A stretch of DNA of 63,998 nucleotides, the filler included, from Dimargaris cristalligena (Eukaryota), in the NCBI GenBank assembly GCA_003614675.1. It is 5 parts of 5 records of this genome, joined end to end, with 100 filler letters (N's around TTAATTAATTAA, not from the genome) between each part and the next. Parts side by side here need not be neighbours in the genome. Positions count along the whole stretch, not along the records: positions 13,014 to 26,033 come from ML003009.1; positions 26,134 to 39,152 come from ML003010.1; 3 more parts are not named here. One strand, written 5' to 3'. The notes under the pieces were generated by a model that was not told the origin of the DNA, searched no databases, and saw nothing but the letters and a program-made list of their open reading frames with translations. Below, one piece after another: positions 14,259 to 26,697 of the stretch (its first letter is position 1; each line of letters begins with the position of its first letter). Position numbers and translations under genes: made by a program.

Positions 14259-16275
14259 ATGGATGTCGATAATGCCGTTGCCGAATTCCTCGAGGTTAAG
14301 CGCAAGCGAGTTCCCGCCACCCTCCAAGTCCACTACTCCGATTTCAATCGACTCTATGATCTGAAGTAGGCTACCTCTCCCCATTCACCTTGGCATTATC
14401 AAAATATGGTCGATTGAAGTAGCGGCATTGCCTCCCACATTTACCCATACTTCGATTGTCTTACTCCGAGGGCCTTTGTCCACCTCAAGATGAACCGCCC
14501 AGTCGATATCCCCGCCCCCCACTCATCCTGACTTGTCTATCCCCATTTCCCCACTATCCTCAATCTATAGGTTATGGCATCAGCTGACGCTCAAAGTCGA
14601 AGAATTCACCCGGATTCCCGAGGCCGGTCCCTACCTGATTCCCCTGTACGAGCACTTCGTGAGTGACTGGGAGAAGAAGGTCAGCCAAGTCAAGTTTGTG
14701 CTGATTGCCCTCGCTGTGGCCCGTCAATACCACGGTGAGTACATTGCATAGTACTATTTACGAACTCCGTGGCGGCGAACCAGGTAGTATATGTTAGAGG
14801 GGAGCTCGATGTCGTCATTACACCCCTCTATTAATAATGTTCATTTTACACACTATGATCTACCCATCTCCGTAAATAATTCCCATTTAGATTTCAAGCA
14901 AGCCCTGGAATTCATGGATTCGATCATGGCCAAGGTCGACACTCCGGAAACGCAGGACGCCTACGTCCTGGCCCTGATGGAAGCCGGTCATTTCCAACTT
15001 CTCTTGGGTAACCTCGAGGGGACCGCCACCGCATTGGAAAAAGGCGAAAAAATACTTGATGGGTTCAACACCGTTGACCCTGTCATCCATGCCAGCTTCT
15101 ACCGCGTCTCGGCGGACTTCAACAAGGCCAAGGCGGATTTCGGCCAGTACTATAAGAATGCCCTCCTGTACCTGGCCTGTATCACCCTGGACGATATGGC
15201 TGTTGCGGAAAAGGTCGAGCGGGCCCATGATTTGGCGCTGGCGGCCTTGCTTAGTGATAAGATTTACAACTTCGGTGATTTGGTAAGCTGGTTTTAGTTT
15301 TTTAAAAATTGTATTTTAATGCTCCAGGGCTACCGATGGGTTATACAAGTATTTCTTTTTTGCATTGAGGATTCCATCGGCGATCCAGGGTTGTTATTCG
15401 ATGGATAGGTGGCAATACTCATGTTCCTCTATATATCTCTCAAGGCTAACCTAATATAAACGCTGCCTTCATTTTTGTCTAACCAAACGTCTGACTGTGA
15501 CTTCTTGATGTACTTATCCAATGGTGACACTGGTCATCTCACCCACACGGACTTAAACCAATCCAGCTGATGCACCCCATTTTGGAGTCCCTGAAGGGAA
15601 CTGAGCACGCCTGGTTGGGCGACGCGCTCCACATTTTCAACACCGGATCCATCGCCAAATACGACGTCCTGTCGGGCAATTTCGCCAAAGAGTCCATCCT
15701 GCAGTCCCACGCAGCCTTCCTGCGCCAGAAGATCTGCCTGATGACTTTGATTGAAATCCTGTTCAAGCGTATCTCCGTTAGCCGGCGTATGACCTTCGAA
15801 GACGTGGCCAAGGAAACCCGGCTGAATATTGAGGAGGTAAGCCAGTACAACTTAGCGTACCCAGGCATGCCTTATATGATCTTATCAAAAGCCAGTTATG
15901 TTTACCTGTTGGCCCTATAATTTCTGATGATGTGTCCAATGACATTGATTGTATATTAATCACCGCTGACAAATCAACTGCCCTTCTCTTTCTTTCTATA
16001 TATTTTTCATTGTGGCCTATATTATCCTCTCACCTTGGGGTACTTTAATTCCGCTGCGGTAGGTTGAGCATCTCGTCATGAAGGCCCTATCACTCGGCCT
16101 GATAAAGGGCCATATCGACCAGGTCGACCAAGTGATTAACATCCAGTGGGTGCAGCCCCGTTACCTCGACCGGAACCAAATCCGGGAGATGGCCAACCAG
16201 CTGGCGCAGTGGGAAGACAAGGTGGGCACCATCATCTCCAGCATGGAAGCCGAGGCACCCAGTCTATTCGCTTAG
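14259..16275 (+). CDS. RPN9: 26S proteasome lid subunit Rpn9/PSMD13 (exons 14259-14365, 14571-14734, 14891-15282, 15567-15836, 16063-16275)
   Basis: KLWHQLT, YYKNALLYL, IYNFGDLLMHPIL, KICLMTLIE and VEHLVMKALSLGLIKGHIDQV..WVQPR (PCI domain); all splice phases consistent. Confidence 0.95.
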
Positions 16276-17317
16276 TGGTGGGTTGTGTGTGCTTACCCTT
16301 CCCTTCCCTTCTCTCTTCCAGCTTCAGTATTACTCCACCATTTGTCGCCCCCCCCCCCTTTCTTCGGCTCCGCTGTCTAGTTTTTATATATTTTATATAC
16401 GTACGATAAGCCGAGGGCGACCTCGAATTGGTAGGGGCCTATCTATACCCTTCTCCAGCGACTAATGAGATAGGGTGGGTATATTGCTTTGCTGAGATTA
16501 CACCTTGATTGTGGAGAATACATTGTACCCGCTGATGGGAGTTTATTATTTTTATTGGTGGTATCCTATCGCGCGGATCTTACTCTTCCCCCCCCCTCGC
16601 TTCATTGATTATCCATCATTGCTACATTATACTATATTCGCCTTGATTAAAATTGTCATTATCGAATCAGGCCACTTTGTTGTAAAATATACGTCCACTT
16701 GGGTTTCCTCGGCCACAACAGGGCAAGGGAATATTATTAGCTAACTAGCTACCCCTACCTTTGGTTTTATCGTAAAACACGAGAAAAGCTCCTTAGGAAA
16801 TATACAGGTATATCATCAAACTTTATACAGAAATTGGTTACCCAGAACTTAATCATTATGGGCGAAACATGATATATAGAACGGGTGGGTAAGTATATAA
16901 GGCTTGGAGGCGTATTGGACAGGTCCCTTATAAATCAACAGTAACGGCACCCCGCCCCGTCCTTCAAAGTATATATATATATATATATAACTCCCAGCCA
17001 ACTATTAAAAATGAATAGGGAACATATGCAAGGGGGTGTCAACGGACACCCAATTAACTGGAAGCAATGTGCTTCTAAATTCAAGGCACTGGTTGCCTCT
17101 TCCTCAGGGGAGAAAACAGCAAAGGAGACGGTGCAGATTGGGTTGGGTATATGAATAGATCTATATGGTCCCCATGTCCCCGTATTGTAAAAAAAAACAC
17201 AGAGCGCCTTATCCTTGGGGGTTTCTAATCCCCTAACCCGACGGGGATATATAATAATAATAATAATAATAAAATAAAATAAAAGGATAAAAACCTTTCG
17301 GCGGTGTCGCCCTATAG

Positions 17318-20011
17318 TTACCGCCGTTTCCATTTGGGCAGGACGAACGTCCACACACTAGCCGCTACAATCGGTACGATCCACTGTAACAAAGGACGGA
17401 CCCAGGTCCATTTGGGTCTAGGCCGGGCCAAGGTGCCCGCCGTTGTCATGGAATTCGACCGCGCCCGTTGACCACTACCACTACCACCACTAGTACTACT
17501 ATCCCTATCGGGCTCGTAAACTAGCAGGGCTTTACGGAGGAGATTGTTATTTTCTTCGGTGATGGTGACGATCCGATTTTCGAGAGCAATGATTTTAAGG
17601 GCCAGTTCTTCCTGGGTGAAGGCCCGGGCCAGGTTGGGAACATTGGCTGGTTCGCCAGCGGTAGAGGTAGTACCGGTTACGATAATAGGGGGACTAGTGG
17701 TGGTGGGTCCGTTGGTGAAAGCCGAGGTAGTTGCCATAGAGGTTGCGTGTGGTGCTGGTGCCGACGCAGGCGCAGGCGCAGGAGCTGGATTTGATGTTGA
17801 TGTTGGTGCGGGCGGTAGCAAGTCTGAGGCGGACTGGACGGGCAGGTTCGCCAGGACTTGGTTTAGTTTCTTAAAGCTACCGGGCACGGCCTTGGTAGCC
17901 ACGAATTTGGTGACACTTTTGGGAATCCAACCCTTGGGGTCGCCGTCGATAATTTGCACCACCCGGCAACGCCGGGGGGCGGTCGGAAGTGGATGGCGGG
18001 GGTGTCCATCGCCCGGGGAAGAAGTGTCATCGGAAGGAATGGGGCCGATGACTTGCCCGGCGATACCGGCTACCATGCGGACCAACCCGTCGCTCTTTTC
18101 GCGATCGGGGCAGGCGGGGTGTTCCACGCTTTTCGTTACATTAACCAGCCGACCGTCGGGCCAGGCGCGACTATGGGAGAGCACACAGGTGTCGCGGGCC
18201 GAGGTGGGCCAGATGGGCTTCATGCGAAGGTACTGGATTTTGGTATGTGTTTGAGCGGCGGCCGCGGCCGTTTCGGCGGCGTCCGGCAGTGGTTCTAAAA
18301 TTCGGGCCTCGGCGCATAGACTATCCCAGCCCGGACGGCGGAGGGCATCGGACAGCAAGTCAAACGCCGTGTACATGCTATTTTCGATATCGCCGACGAT
18401 TTTGAAGCAGTAGTCGGCCCCGATTTTCTGGTACACCTGCAGGAGGCGGGGCTGGGTTTGGTTGTAGATGATTTGCCATTGGGGGTCGTCGAGGGTCGAG
18501 TCGGCCATCTCCACGAGGCGCTGGGCCAGCTGGTCGCACTGGGTGGCGTACGCGTCGTATTTAGCGACCGACTGGGGAGGGGTTGCTTCACTTGGCTTAG
18601 CGGAGGCCGCGGCCGGTGGGGCTGGAGTAGTAGTCGTCGTCTCCTTCTTCGTTGCTACCGAGGGTTCGACCACGGGGGGCAGTAAGTGGGATTCATTCTG
18701 CTGAGGGAGACCCTCGATGATTTGGGCGACTTTCTTAAACGACTGGGGCATAGCCTTGGTCGCCACGAAGCGTACCACCGACTGGGGCAGCCAACCACCG
18801 GGGTTCCCGTCGGCGATTTGGACGACGCGACAACTCGGCTGAGTTCCGTCGGCCCCGGTGGATAGAGGGTACACAATCTGGCCGGCAATCCCGGCCGTCA
18901 TACGGACTATACCCTCTGCGGTATATTCGGGGCACTCTGGGTGGAGGACGCTTTGGGTGACGCTCATGTAGCGATGTCCTGGCAATCGACAATTGTGCGA
19001 CAGTAGGCAGACGTCCCGGGCGGCAGTTGGCCAAATGGGTTTCGTGCGTACATACTGGATCTTGGTGGTGGGTGGCGGAGCCCCGGCGGTTTCCCCCGTT
19101 GGGTTGGTGGGGTTATCGAGGTTTTCCACGACCTTGACCTGTTGACACATGTCATCCCATTCGGGGCGGCGGGTAGCGTCGGCGAGCAGGTCAAAGGCGG
19201 TTTCGGCGGTGTTATTGATGACGGCGACCATTTTAAAGCAAAAATCGGCGCCTTTCTTCTGGTACACCTGCAGGGGGGTGGGGGAGGTTTGGTTGTACAC
19301 TTCCTTCCATTCGTCGGAATTGGCAGAGGGTTCTTCGACGGTTTTCAGGAGTTCGGCGACCATCTGAGCGCAATCTTCCGTGTAGCGGTGAGGAGGGGGT
19401 ACCGGTGAGGATGAGGATGAGGTGGTCTGATTTGACTCGGTTGAGGGGTCGGCCTGGGGGGCGTCACGTTCATGGGTATCGGTATCGGCGGCGGGGGGGT
19501 CGTCGGTGGGTGGGGTGGTGGAAACTCCTTCGGGTTGAGAAATGTGACGGGAGGGTACGACCATAGTCACCGGACCCCGGGCATGATCGGTGGAGGTGAA
19601 GCTAGTCTCTTCCACCCGCTGCTGGGATAGCGAGACGTAGGTTGTGGACCCATCGGCGCTGCTACTCTTTAGAGTGGCCAGACCAAACATATCGTAGAGT
19701 ACTTTGATAAGGGCCGGGATGGCCACCACGAATATCAGGTGGACCAGGGTGAAGTGGATATTGTCCATGGGGTACATGAGTAGCGTCGAGTAGAGGGAGT
19801 AAATGGGCGGTAGAATGCCCATGAGAAAGGCGACTTGGGTGACGCCGGTGGTGATGTCGTCGTGGGTGACCTCGGACAATCGCCGTACATCGACAGCTTC
19901 GGTAACTCGAGTGGTACGGACGGCGGTGTCGGCCTCCCCCATCAGGTCGGTGGACGAAGCCTGGGCAGCGGTTGGCCGATTGTTGGGAATGGACGGGTCA
20001 GTAGAGGGCAT
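17318..20011 (-). CDS. Membrane-anchored protein with two tandem START/SRPBCC lipid-binding domains (~897 aa from ATG 20011)
   Basis: Two related repeats: AFDLLAD..RRPEWD / KPIWPTAARD / IADGNPGGWLPQSVV and AFDLLSD..RRPGWD / KPIWPTSARD / IIDGDPKGWIPKSVT. Two N-terminal hydrophobic helices and one C-terminal one. An acceptor near 20054 suggests an upstream exon. Confidence 0.8.
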   Translation of the reverse strand: MPSTDPSIPNNRPTAAQASSTDLMGEADTAVRTTRVTEAVDVRRLSEVTHDDITTGVTQVAFLMGILPPIYSLYSTLLMYPMDNIHFTLVHLIFVVAIPALIKVLYDMFGLATLKSSSADGSTTYVSLSQQRVEETSFTSTDHARGPVTMVVPSRHISQPEGVSTTPPTDDPPAADTDTHERDAPQADPSTESNQTTSSSSSPVPPPHRYTEDCAQMVAELLKTVEEPSANSDEWKEVYNQTSPTPLQVYQKKGADFCFKMVAVINNTAETAFDLLADATRRPEWDDMCQQVKVVENLDNPTNPTGETAGAPPPTTKIQYVRTKPIWPTAARDVCLLSHNCRLPGHRYMSVTQSVLHPECPEYTAEGIVRMTAGIAGQIVYPLSTGADGTQPSCRVVQIADGNPGGWLPQSVVRFVATKAMPQSFKKVAQIIEGLPQQNESHLLPPVVEPSVATKKETTTTTPAPPAAASAKPSEATPPQSVAKYDAYATQCDQLAQRLVEMADSTLDDPQWQIIYNQTQPRLLQVYQKIGADYCFKIVGDIENSMYTAFDLLSDALRRPGWDSLCAEARILEPLPDAAETAAAAAQTHTKIQYLRMKPIWPTSARDTCVLSHSRAWPDGRLVNVTKSVEHPACPDREKSDGLVRMVAGIAGQVIGPIPSDDTSSPGDGHPRHPLPTAPRRCRVVQIIDGDPKGWIPKSVTKFVATKAVPGSFKKLNQVLANLPVQSASDLLPPAPTSTSNPAPAPAPASAPAPHATSMATTSAFTNGPTTTSPPIIVTGTTSTAGEPANVPNLARAFTQEELALKIIALENRIVTITEENNNLLRKALLVYEPDRDSSTSGGSGSGQRARSNSMTTAGTLARPRPKWTWVRPLLQWIVPIVAASVWTFVLPKWKRR

Positions 20012-21558
20012 GGCGCCGTAATGAGAGGAGTTGGGACAGAATTGGACCGTCACCTGGAATGCGAATAGAAATAGATAAAGAGCGAATGGGAAAGGGAAAA
20101 GGGATAGAGTAAGAGGGAGAGAGACCCCAGGGCTTTCAGACCGAATCAGAAGGGATAAAAGGGGCAGGACTGAGGGGCCAATAAGTAATGGGACAAGAAC
20201 CGGAATAAGGAAGGTTCGGGAGGAGCTGTCGAAAGGCAAAGGATAGAAGGCGTAGAGGAATGGATGGTTTATTGACTGTGATTAGTATTATATTATATTC
20301 GCGGGTAATAACTGCTGCTATCCACAATACGCAACCCGCCAAGCGCAATTTGACCAGTAAGAGAGTGTGTGTATACAGAGAGGATGGGTCCCAGAAATTA
20401 GCCGAAGGCGCCCAAAGATTTTGAATGTATGTAAATTGGCAATTGATTGTTTCGTATTTGGTGTGGTGTATGTATGGAGAGAAAATGGGCAATCCTGGAG
20501 TGTGTTGCTGCTGATATCACTGAGCCAACTGTATGGTGCGGTGCGAGCCAACGGGGGAGAGCGGGCAACAAATGGAAGCATCCATGCACTCACTGTATAC
20601 TGACGCTGACGCTATGGTGAAGAGAGCCCCATTAAAGGAAAACAGGCTCCCTTGGGATTGCCGACATGGACCCAGCCATTCAATCCTCCGACTTTGGATT
20701 TTGGCTCATGGGTCATTGAGGGAAGGGCGCGCTCAGCAAGGCATGGAGTGTATATTTGCACTTGCTCATCAAATATCAACAACCTGTCCCAGAGTACAGC
20801 GGGGATATATATCCAGCAAACGGGCTACCGTATTTAAAAGACCCTGTTGCGGTTTGGGCTGGCATGTGTTTGGGATCCATCTTTATCACATGTGAAAACA
20901 CCCGGCGTCCAAGGAGTGGTGGATCTATCGGGAAGCAACGGCAAGCCTGGCCGGATCTACAGGGGGCCAAGGTCGGCTGATATCAAAGAAGCCGCTTCTT
21001 ATACGGCGCCATCGCGGAGCAGCGCAAGTCGAGCCATATCCCAGGGTCAATCCATTAAAGAGAGTGATGTATATATACAACAGTAGTGGTGTTGGTCCTA
21101 ATGCCCGGTTGGCTGAAGCACATTTTGATGATGACACCCATGGGCAGTAGTGGTTAGTTTCTCGGAGGGCAGTCACACACCATCAATGACTCCAACGTTA
21201 ATTCCCCAAGATATCGCGACTTTATTATTGTTGAATATTGCCTCTATACAAGCCATATCCGTCTACTTGCTACTGTCCCTTGCAGGTGAGCTGCAATGCC
21301 AGTCAAAGGGAGAAGAGGTGAGGTGAGATACACCAAGCATTCTAGTGTACCATCATTACCAGCATGTGATCGATCCTCTCCTCCTCTACCCACCACCACC
21401 AGTCCCGTGGGTTTTTTGAGGCAGCCCTGCTTAATGTAGCATGGCACCATTAGGGCCGAGCAATACTGCCAATTGGGAAACACGCCTCCCAACCGACCGC
21501 TATTGCTCCTCTCGCCAACTAAATACTGTAATTATTACTATACGTCGCAGCTGCTGGG

Positions 21559-23045
21559 CTAACCCAGTGGGATGTCGAAATACCGGTTTCCAATCCGGCA
21601 CTTCACACTCTCAGCTCTAAACACAAACCCGCTTTGGGGCTGGGCCGCTTCGCTGAGCAATTCTGTTTCGAATCCCCCGGGCTTCGAGGACCCACCACTG
21701 TTTCCCTTCAGGGTCTGAATCAAACCGTCGTCAATGGCCGTTGGGTCATTCACGGATGCCACACTAATGTGAAACCGGGGTTCGTCGTAGTAAGCGGGTT
21801 GGCGGAAAGCACGCATGACTGGGTCCACCCTCGTCCTAACCAGGTGTTCCAAATCGGCGTGCCCCAGTCCCACTTCTAAAATGAGGAACGAGCGGGTTTG
21901 CTCATCGTTGACCAAATAATCAATCGCATTGAAACTGAAATCGAAGGCGAAGGTAGACATCTGGGGTTGAAGAAGGCGGCGGAGGTGGGTGACGAACGGT
22001 TCGATTTGGAAGACTTTGAGAAAGGCCGGCCGGCAGAGGCTAATGTGATACGATGGAGGAGGTGATGGCGGGCTCGGATTGTCTGGTCGGTTGGTTGGTG
22101 GGGGAAGTGAATTGGTTACCAAGGGACCCTGGGCCTGTAGTTGAGCCTGGCTGACTAATCGTTCTATAAAATCGGCACAGTTGTCGTCGGGTTGGACTAG
22201 TGTAGGGCAGTAGGGAGCAAAGCAATAGGGGGGATCACCATAAATCAAACGGACAGATGAAGATGGCTATCATTCTCATAAACACAGTTATTGGAGAACC
22301 TTGGCCATCATTTGGACATGGATAGCTGCTTCGTGGCAAGAAATGGGAATGTGAGAGGGGTTACCTTCAATATAGACATGCGTGGCCCAGTTGCCTTCGA
22401 CATGGGGGGTGGTTCGCACTCGGTCCTGGTGGTCAGCGGGGTTGTCTCGTCGAGCGCCTAAGCTTAGGGTAAAGCAAATTCCGTTGGCATTAGTGGGCAG
22501 TGTAACTAAATTCTGACTGTAGCTATACTAGATTGGAATCACTCTATTCCCCAATGTATGATTTAATCAGGCTCCCGTTCTCTCATTGATTTATAAGCAA
22601 ATTATCCGCCCATTTCAATTATTAGCTTAGCCGTTCTATAAATAGATTAGAAAACCTACGTTTATCGGGGAACAAAGCCAGGAATGTGGAGGGCAATGCG
22701 ACAGGTAGTCCAAATCTAGACAAAAGCAGGTGGGGTTTTACAACAAAGCAATGTCTTCGGACTGGGCAGATTATTAAGTGGGGGTTTGGTTATTATATTA
22801 CTATCCAAATCCAAATATAGTATGCCCGACAACAGCACGGGTGTAGCCCGCTACTAGTCCATAGTCGGGGACTAGCTGGTACATACGTACTTTCTTTTTT
22901 CACCTACTGGTGTCTTGGACTGACAGTCTGAGGTCACGGTGTTGGGTAACCGGCTGCTACAGGGGCTTGATCGACCTATCTGCTCTTCTATATCAATATC
23001 AGCATCTGAAGAGCTACTACTGGAGTAATTGACTAGAGACGCCAT
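21559..23045 (-). CDS. USB1: U6 snRNA 3'-phosphodiesterase Usb1/Mpn1 (4 exons; last ~22196-21559)
   Basis: Starts MASLVNYSSS; has HQDRVRTTPHVEGNWATHVYI; two HxS motifs (YHISL, FHISV); ends VKCRIGNRYFDIPL. Confidence 0.9.
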
Positions 23046-23925
23046 CTGCCCTTCCGGTCTACGCCTGCGAGAATAAGAAGAATAATACGGTGAAGGTGGA
23101 AGGGTGGGGAAGAATAGGCCTATCGGATAATTTTCGAGAAATAAAATAATCCGAACCTCCGTCGGGAATGGGGGCGCACCTCACTTCACAATAGTAGCGA
23201 ATGTGTGCTAAAAGGCAAGAAGGGGGCGGTTGGACTTGGAAGACGAAATGTGGGAGAAAAACACCTAGCGGATTGGTTGCCGATGATTCGTCCGAGGTAT
23301 ACTAACTATTATACAGAACTCGAACAGCATTGGCTCTGCGAACCGTGAATTAGGCGAAATTGAACACAGTTGCATGAAGCCAAAGAAAGGAATACCCTCC
23401 GTTGCCATTTATAAGCAAACGGGATTCTCCCCTTCTCCCCTTAGCCTTCAAGTTCCTTTACGCAGCCGATTCCCAAAGGTTATAGGTCCAGCCGTTTAAG
23501 TCTTCTGGGGGAGTCAGTTTCATTCAGTTCTCATCGGCCAAGTTCCTCTTAACGCAGCTAACTTCCGTGGGTCCAGTTTCTCAGGGCTACCACACCTAGC
23601 GTCCCTCCTCCCCCTTCTTCTTCCTTCTTCTAACTAGACCTGCCCCTGGCTTATCTATCAGTTCACATTACCTTTGCATTGGCAGTGGCAACCCTTTCCA
23701 CCTTCTATCCCATTACCTTTCTGCGCTTGTACAATACAAACATAACCCCCCTACCTTTATCTTGTTAGTCCCCGGTTCAGTAGCCCAGTTCGCCTCGTAC
23801 TCCGCATCTCGAACCTTCTACCTGCCCTAGTCATCTTCCCCAATTCCCTCAACCTCGAACCATACCGCCTCAACCGCATCTTCTCCCACACCCCCCCCCC
23901 TTCCCCTCGAAATCCACAACTCACC

Positions 23926-26033
23926 ATGATTGTTCGCATTCGGACCAGCGAGGGAATGTTTCGCCTCGATGTAGGTTCCGATTGTACCATCGACCAATTG
24001 CGGGCTGAACTCCGCTCCTACCTACCTCGTCTTAGCCCCGCCGCCGCTGCTTCCGTCCAGTTCTTCCAAGACGCCGGCTACCAACGACCCGTACAGGCCC
24101 CGGCCCACCGGTCCTTGGGCCTGAAACACGGTGACCTCATTTTCACCCGTTTACCCGAAGGCATTACCTTGGACGACAGCTCACCTTCTTCTTCCGTGGC
24201 CTTACCGTCAAGTTCGGCCGCGGTAGCGGGGCCATCCTCTTCAACCCGTAGGGCCCCCACCCAATCCGCTAGCCAACCGTCGACATCGACAGCGGCAACA
24301 GCATCCCCGGCTAAAACGAAGGCGAAGCCATTGGCCTCGGTCTCCTCTTCGAATCAGGAACCTGCGGTGGTGGAGGATGCCGTGGATACCTACCTCGAGC
24401 AGCAGTCTGGTCTTATCGAGCGGAAACGGGACGATCGGTTCTGCAACCATAGTAGCCGGGCCATGTGCGACTACTGCATGCCTATAGAGCCCTTTGATCC
24501 CAACTACCTGGCTGAACATGCTATCAAGTACCTGTCCTTCCATAGCTATCTACGCCAACAAACCGCCTCGTCCCGGGTTGCCACTACTAAAGGGAGTAGT
24601 AACAGTGCTGGAAAGGCCAATTCGAAAGCTGCGGCGGCCCCTGGAGGGATGGGGGTAACCGTATCCACCCACCCGCCCCGCGGGGCCGACCAAATGCGCG
24701 ATGGCAAACGCATTATCCCGCCACCATTGGAGGAACCGAGCTACCGGGTCAAAGTCCCGTGTCCCGCGGGCCACCCCAGCTGGCCCGCCAGTATCTGCAC
24801 TAAATGCCAACCGGGAACCATCACTCTCCAGCGACAGACCTTCCGGATGGTTGACCACGTGTGTTTCGCCCACTCCGACCTGGTCGACCGCTTCATCCAG
24901 TACTGGCGGCAAACGGGCACCCAGCGCTTCGGCTATCTCTATGGCCGTTACGAGCCCTATACCAAAGTACCGCTGGGGATCCAGGCGGTAGTGGAAGCCA
25001 TCTACGAGCCCCCCCAGGAAACCGCCGGCGATGGACTGAAGGTCGACATGGAGTGGCCTGGCCTGGCGCGCATCGACGAACTAGCCCGGAGCTGCGACGG
25101 TCCGGGTGGCCTGCAACTCGTGGGTATGATTTTCACCGACCTGGTGGACGATGGGAAGGGCACCGGCCAGGTCGTCTGTAAACGCCACCTTGATACCTAT
25201 TTCCTATCATCTCTCGAGTGCATTTTCTCGGCTGAGATGCAGCGGCGTCACCCCAACCCCTGCAAATGGTCCACCTCGGGCCATTTTGGCAGTAAATTCG
25301 TGACTGTGGTCGTCTCCGGTAACGCCGAACGCAACATCGACTTGGCGGCGTACCAAATGTCGACCACCGCCATGGCCCTGAGTGAAGCCGACGTGGTGGA
25401 ACCCACGTACGACCCCAGTCTCGTGCGCGTCAAACCCGCGGAGGCTCACCAGCGGTACGTGCCCGACATTATGTACAAGTACAAAAACGAGTACAATACG
25501 GTGGTGTCCAAAAATGCGAAACCCGTGTTCCCCGTCGAGTACCTCATTACTACCTTAACCCACGGGTTTCCGGATCAACCGGCCCCCCGTTTTGTGACCC
25601 CCGAGCCTTTCCCAATCGTCAACCGGGGTGCACTGCAAACGGTGCCGGAACCGAATGCCCCCAACGGGGCGGCGGCGGCTTTGGCCCGGCACTTGTTCCC
25701 GGCTGACCGGTCCGCCAACTCTAAGCGGGCGGTGCCATCCTTTAGCTCCCACCTTTTCTCCGGGGCGGCCCCCTTGGCTATCGAACGGTTGTCGGACTTC
25801 CACCTCCTTAGCTATATTGCCCAAACCAATTTGTTGACCGACACTGACTTGGCCCAGTTGGCCCAACTCGCCACTACCACGCCATCATCCACTCAGCGTG
25901 CTACTCTCATCGCCCAACTCGAGCAATCCCCCAGCTGGCTAAGTTTCTGCCGGATTCTCCAAGATGCTGCCCCTAGCGCTAGCAACCGTGGACACGGGTC
26001 TGGGTCAGGCTCAAACTCGGGCCCGGGATCGGG
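23926..26033 (+). CDS. NPL4: Cdc48 cofactor Npl4, 3' end truncated by contig end
   Basis: Ubiquitin-like N-terminus, zf-NPL4 (CNHSSRAMCDYC; HPSWPASICTKCQP), QRFGYLYGRY, EAIYEPPQ, GSKFVTVVVSG, PVEYL, SDFHLL. Confidence 0.95.
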
Positions 26034-26133
26034 NNNNNNNNNNNNNNNNNNNNNNNNNNNNNNNNNNNNNNNNNNNNTTAATTAATTAANNNNNNNNNNN
26101 NNNNNNNNNNNNNNNNNNNNNNNNNNNNNNNNN
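26034..26133. other. Artificial contig spacer
   Basis: N-run with TTAATTAATTAA. Confidence 0.97.
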
Positions 26134-26314
26134 ACCTTCTCTCCCTTTCTCTATTATTTATCTATCTTTTCATTTAGGCTTCCCCTTTCAAGTATAAATA
26201 CTCCCCCTTGCTGCCACCTTTTGGAACAGTAAGCCTATCATCACTTTTCCCTTCTTATCATCTATTTTTTTGAGTAAAGTTCAGTTTTCAAGGATTTGAT
26301 TTCAGTTCTTTACA
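26134..26314 (+). mobile_element. 3' part of LTR-like family A abutting an inverted family B copy
   Basis: TATAAATA near 26193; same terminal ...GTTCTTTACA as 13065; immediately followed by inverted family B sequence. Confidence 0.7.
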
Positions 26315-26697
26315 TAGAGTCTTCCAGATGCAAGCCCCCTGGTTGAGGCCCTGACCCTTGCCTCTTCTTTAGTCATCCCATTACTCTTAAGGACCCCTCA
26401 TTATGAGCAGTCCCCACATATAAATAACTGGGCCCCTCTGGGACTGGTTCAGTTCCTTAGCTTATTTCTTACCCCCATAGTTTACCCCAATAGACTCATT
26501 ATATGCTCACCCATTGTACCAACCAGTAAGTGTGCCCATTACATATCCCTTGCATTAGCCTGCACTCCTCCTTTATTGGTTAGTACTGATCCCTCCCTAA
26601 TGCTAGTAGCCTGCTTGGCTGAGCCTAAGCCCCACCTACCATTAGAAGCCTATCCCCAGGACTCTTGATGGACTAAGAGTGGTTAACCCAGGTGACA
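26315..26697 (-). mobile_element. Solo-LTR-like family B, 5' portion, inverted
   Basis: Reverse strand begins TGTCACCTGGGTTAACCACTCTTAGTCCATCAAGAG, matching the starts at 31449 and 36940. Confidence 0.8.

Noticed and set aside
20054..20239. Hydrophobic N-terminus of the 973-aa ORF
   Set aside because: TTG start in a polypyrimidine tract ending in a CAG acceptor; likely intron
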